61,516 bases of DNA from a virus. The notes under the pieces were generated by a model. It did no database searches. It was not told where the DNA came from and worked only from the letters and a program-made list of their open reading frames with translations. The stretch lies in IMG/VR virus record IMGVR_UViG_3300027908_000008, positions 1 to 61,516 of that record; one strand, given 5' to 3'. Position numbers and translations under genes: made by a program. Numbering within the stretch: position 1 is the stretch's first letter; every line of letters begins with the position of its first letter. Shown here piece by piece: positions 59,389 to 61,516 of the stretch.

Positions 59389-60905
59389 GCCGCACCAAAT
59401 CTGCGCTTGCGGATCAGTTCCTGCGATTTGGCATAGCGCAGGTTCATCGCCTGTATCCACGACATGACCTCTAACCCGCACTCACGAGCTGGAGCAGCGT
59501 ACTTTACCTGCGGGTCGTTTGGCCACACCCCGTAGCGAGCCCGATACTTGTAGGCGCACCATCCGTCAGATTTATTCCGGTCTCTGGCGTACGCTTTCAC
59601 CTGCGACATGAAGCTGACCTTGGTGATCCAGTCGTCGGATTTGTTGCGCTTGTCAGCCGTCTTCGATTCGCGCTTCTCGTTCAGCTCGACCAGCTCGCCC
59701 TCGCGGTGAACCACATCGGTCTGCTTCATCGTCTGTTCGGCGCCGCAGTTGGGGCAGGCTTTCGAGCGCAGAGGAATCACGAAAGCGCATTTCTTGCACT
59801 CGTGCGGCAGTGCCTCCTTGGGCTTCGGTTCGTAGGCGTCGCCCAGCGTTCCCTGGCTTAGTCGTTCGTGGTGAACATCGGTCACGAAGCCCAGCTTGAG
59901 CGTCGTGTCGGAGTGATCGAGTATCAGCAAATCTTCCTTGCCATTGGCCGTCCGAAGTCCCCGACCGAGGATTTGCACGTAGAGGATTTCGCTACGCGTT
60001 GGCCTGGCGAGCACGATGCAGCGCACGTCCCAATCCACACCTGTCGTCAGCACGCCGACGTTGCAGACCACCGGGATCGAGCCATCTCGAAAGCCTCTGG
60101 CTAGCGCCCGGCGATCAGCACCCTCGGTGTTCGCATCCACGTATCCGGCGTTGATCCCGTGAGCGAGGAAGCTGTCTTGCAGGCTCTTGGCGTGAGCGCG
60201 ATCCACGGCGAAAACCAGCGTTGGCCTTCCCTCTGCTTTGGCTCTCCAGGTGCTGACGACATCGGCCACCAATTCCCGCTTGTCCATGGCCCGGGACAGG
60301 TCGCCCTCGTGGTAATCCCCGGCGACGATGCGAACCCCGCGCAAATCGGGATGGCTCGGAGCGAAGACGCGGAACTTGGAAAGAAAGCCCTTCTCGATCA
60401 GGTCTTTGGTCGTCGCAGAGACTATCAGCGTGTCGTAGAGCCTGCCCAGCCCTCGCGTCCACGGCGTGGCGCTTAGGCCAATGAACGGCACGCCAAGCCA
60501 ATCCTCGTCTGCCATCCAGTCATGGAACAGCTTAAAATCACGGTGGGCCTCGTCCACCAGCACCAAGTCTGCCTTAGGGATTTTGCGCCGGCTGAGAGTC
60601 TGCACGCTGGCGATCTGAACGCGTTTGTTAGCGTCGGTCATGTGGTGCTGCGCCTGGATAACCCCCAAGTCGGTTATCCCTTCGGCCGCGAAGGCCCTCA
60701 CCGTCTGATCAATCAGCTCGATAGCTGGGACCGTGAAGACGATCCGCTTGCCCTTGTCCAAGGCCGACTGGACGATTGAGCCAGCTAAAACAGTTTTGCC
60801 GTAGCCGGTCGGAGCTTGCAGCAACGGGCGCCTGAACCCAGCCCTCAGGGCGTCGCGTAGCCGGTCAACCGCAGCCGCTTGGTGCGCGTGAAGCGTCTTC
60901 ACCAT
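59385..60905 (-). CDS. SF2 DEAD/DEAH-box DNA helicase with a C-terminal zinc ribbon
   Basis: Walker A LLQAPTGYGKTVLA, DEAH LVLVDEAHRD, helicase-C motifs, CKKCAF...CPNCG. Confidence 0.85.
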   Translation of the reverse strand: MVKTLHAHQAAAVDRLRDALRAGFRRPLLQAPTGYGKTVLAGSIVQSALDKGKRIVFTVPAIELIDQTVRAFAAEGITDLGVIQAQHHMTDANKRVQIASVQTLSRRKIPKADLVLVDEAHRDFKLFHDWMADEDWLGVPFIGLSATPWTRGLGRLYDTLIVSATTKDLIEKGFLSKFRVFAPSHPDLRGVRIVAGDYHEGDLSRAMDKRELVADVVSTWRAKAEGRPTLVFAVDRAHAKSLQDSFLAHGINAGYVDANTEGADRRALARGFRDGSIPVVCNVGVLTTGVDWDVRCIVLARPTRSEILYVQILGRGLRTANGKEDLLILDHSDTTLKLGFVTDVHHERLSQGTLGDAYEPKPKEALPHECKKCAFVIPLRSKACPNCGAEQTMKQTDVVHREGELVELNEKRESKTADKRNKSDDWITKVSFMSQVKAYARDRNKSDGWCAYKYRARYGVWPNDPQVKYAAPARECGLEVMSWIQAMNLRYAKSQELIRKRRFGAA

Positions 60906-61006
60906 CGGCTAAATCCCTACCGATGATATAGACTTTCGTGAATCTAGGCTCAGCCTAGCAGGATAGGTCTGTGACTCCGTGAGAGTCGTTCCTTGGTGAG
61001 CCACTT

Positions 61007-61094
61007 GAATCTCTCTCTTCATCTATATCTCTATCTGTTCGGAGGGTGTTCAACACGTGTTAGACAGCCGTTAAACACGTGTTGAACACGTGTT
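61007..61094. promoter_or_regulatory. AT-rich tract plus three copies of the palindrome AACACGTGTT (origin or operator candidate)
   Basis: Copies at 61052-61061, 61074-61083 and 61085-61094; preceded by gaatctctctcttcatctatatctctatctgttc. Confidence 0.45.
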
Positions 61095-61099
61095 CCATG

Positions 61100-61510
61100 T
61101 CATTGATCTTCTTCCGGATTTCCAACTACCCTGAGCTTGGGTCGCAGCGCGAACCCGCGAGCCTTGGCGCTAGCGCGCCCTGCGGCGCCGCGGCTTTCAA
61201 TGAAGGCTTGATAGGTCGCAATTTCCGCTTCGCAGCGGTCGTTGGTCAGGTAGGTGACGCCCTTGATAATGTGGGCGCGCAGCTTTCCCCTAGCGACTAA
61301 AGTTCGTCGGATCGGTCGCCATTCTTCAGCGGTAATCCCAAGTCGGCTTTGAATCTCGACCTCAGGGACTTGGGCGCCTCTCGCGTAGATGCACAGAATG
61401 GCAGTTGCGTAGGCACCGCGTTCGGAAGGCGATAAGCCGATCATACCGTCGTTGAAGGCAACCGGATCGCACTTGAACCAAGGGAGACCGCTCACGCCCG
61501 CACGCGCCAA
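61100..61510 (-). CDS. DUF1376 domain protein (replication-module protein)
   Basis: LPWFKCDPVAFNDGMIGLSPSERGAYATAILCIYARG; TTG start lies inside the terminal repeat (also present at 91-93). Confidence 0.7.
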   Translation of the reverse strand: MARAGVSGLPWFKCDPVAFNDGMIGLSPSERGAYATAILCIYARGAQVPEVEIQSRLGITAEEWRPIRRTLVARGKLRAHIIKGVTYLTNDRCEAEIATYQAFIESRGAAGRASAKARGFALRPKLRVVGNPEEDQ

Positions 61511-61516
61511 TCTCTG
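61418..61516. repeat. Terminal redundancy, copy 2 (identical to 1..99)
   Basis: Same 99-nt string as the window start; implies a circular or terminally redundant 61,417-bp unit. Confidence 0.95.

Noticed and set aside
1-61516. Looked for an integrase/excisionase, partition genes, DNA polymerase/primase, rRNA, a CRISPR array and a reverse transcriptase
   Set aside because: No ORF showed the corresponding motifs (tyrosine/serine recombinase, ParA Walker box, polymerase or RT motifs) and no spacer-containing repeat array is present. This absence rests on motif reading only and should be confirmed by profile searches.

Overview
The window appears to be one complete phage genome. Its first 99 nt are identical to its last 99 nt, which leaves a 61,417-bp unique unit that is either circular or terminally redundant. 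The DNA is high-GC by eye (66 G+C in the hand-counted 100 nt 37101..37200). Several markers point to an alphaproteobacterial host: a GcrA-like regulator, a GH108 endolysin, DUF1643 and DUF1376. Minus-strand late module (about 26.4-50.1 kb): it has a P22-like podovirus layout, in order large terminase, portal, GroES-like protein, scaffold, major capsid, adaptor, gp10-like tail hub, large ejection/internal proteins (one with a SleB-like cell-wall hydrolase domain) and tail fibre. I saw no tape measure, sheath or tube. Downstream on the same strand lie three consecutive signal-peptide proteins, a histidine-rich miniprotein, membrane proteins, a plus-strand cluster of 3 tRNAs, and a lysis cassette (GH108 plus small TM ORFs). 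Plus-strand early block (7.4-14.4 kb): small ORFs including a 20-unit pentapeptide-repeat protein, a J-domain protein, a deoxyribosyltransferase-like protein and DUF4326. Recombination and modification region (0-6.4 kb): ERF, YqaJ exonuclease, NinB, two HNH proteins, a C5 DNA methyltransferase, a GcrA-like protein, DUF1643 and an XRE regulator. Replication region (59.4-61.5 kb): an SF2 helicase, DUF1376 and a palindrome-rich, AT-rich intergenic segment. Accessory features: (i) a 533-bp IS1595-type mini-element with 8-bp target duplications that splits the first gene of the early operon; (ii) a 52.1-58.2 kb island on the opposite strand holding a full IS1595-family transposase, whose 26-nt terminal repeat recurs inverted 4.6 kb away, enclosing two toxin-antitoxin-like modules, a protein with an SSB-like DDEIPF tail and a tRNA/tmRNA-3'-like fragment; (iii) a 36% GC HNH homing-endonuclease gene inserted antisense in the structural module. 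I found no integrase, DNA polymerase, rRNA or CRISPR array. All calls rest on reading the sequence and ORF track and on motif recall; no searches were run.
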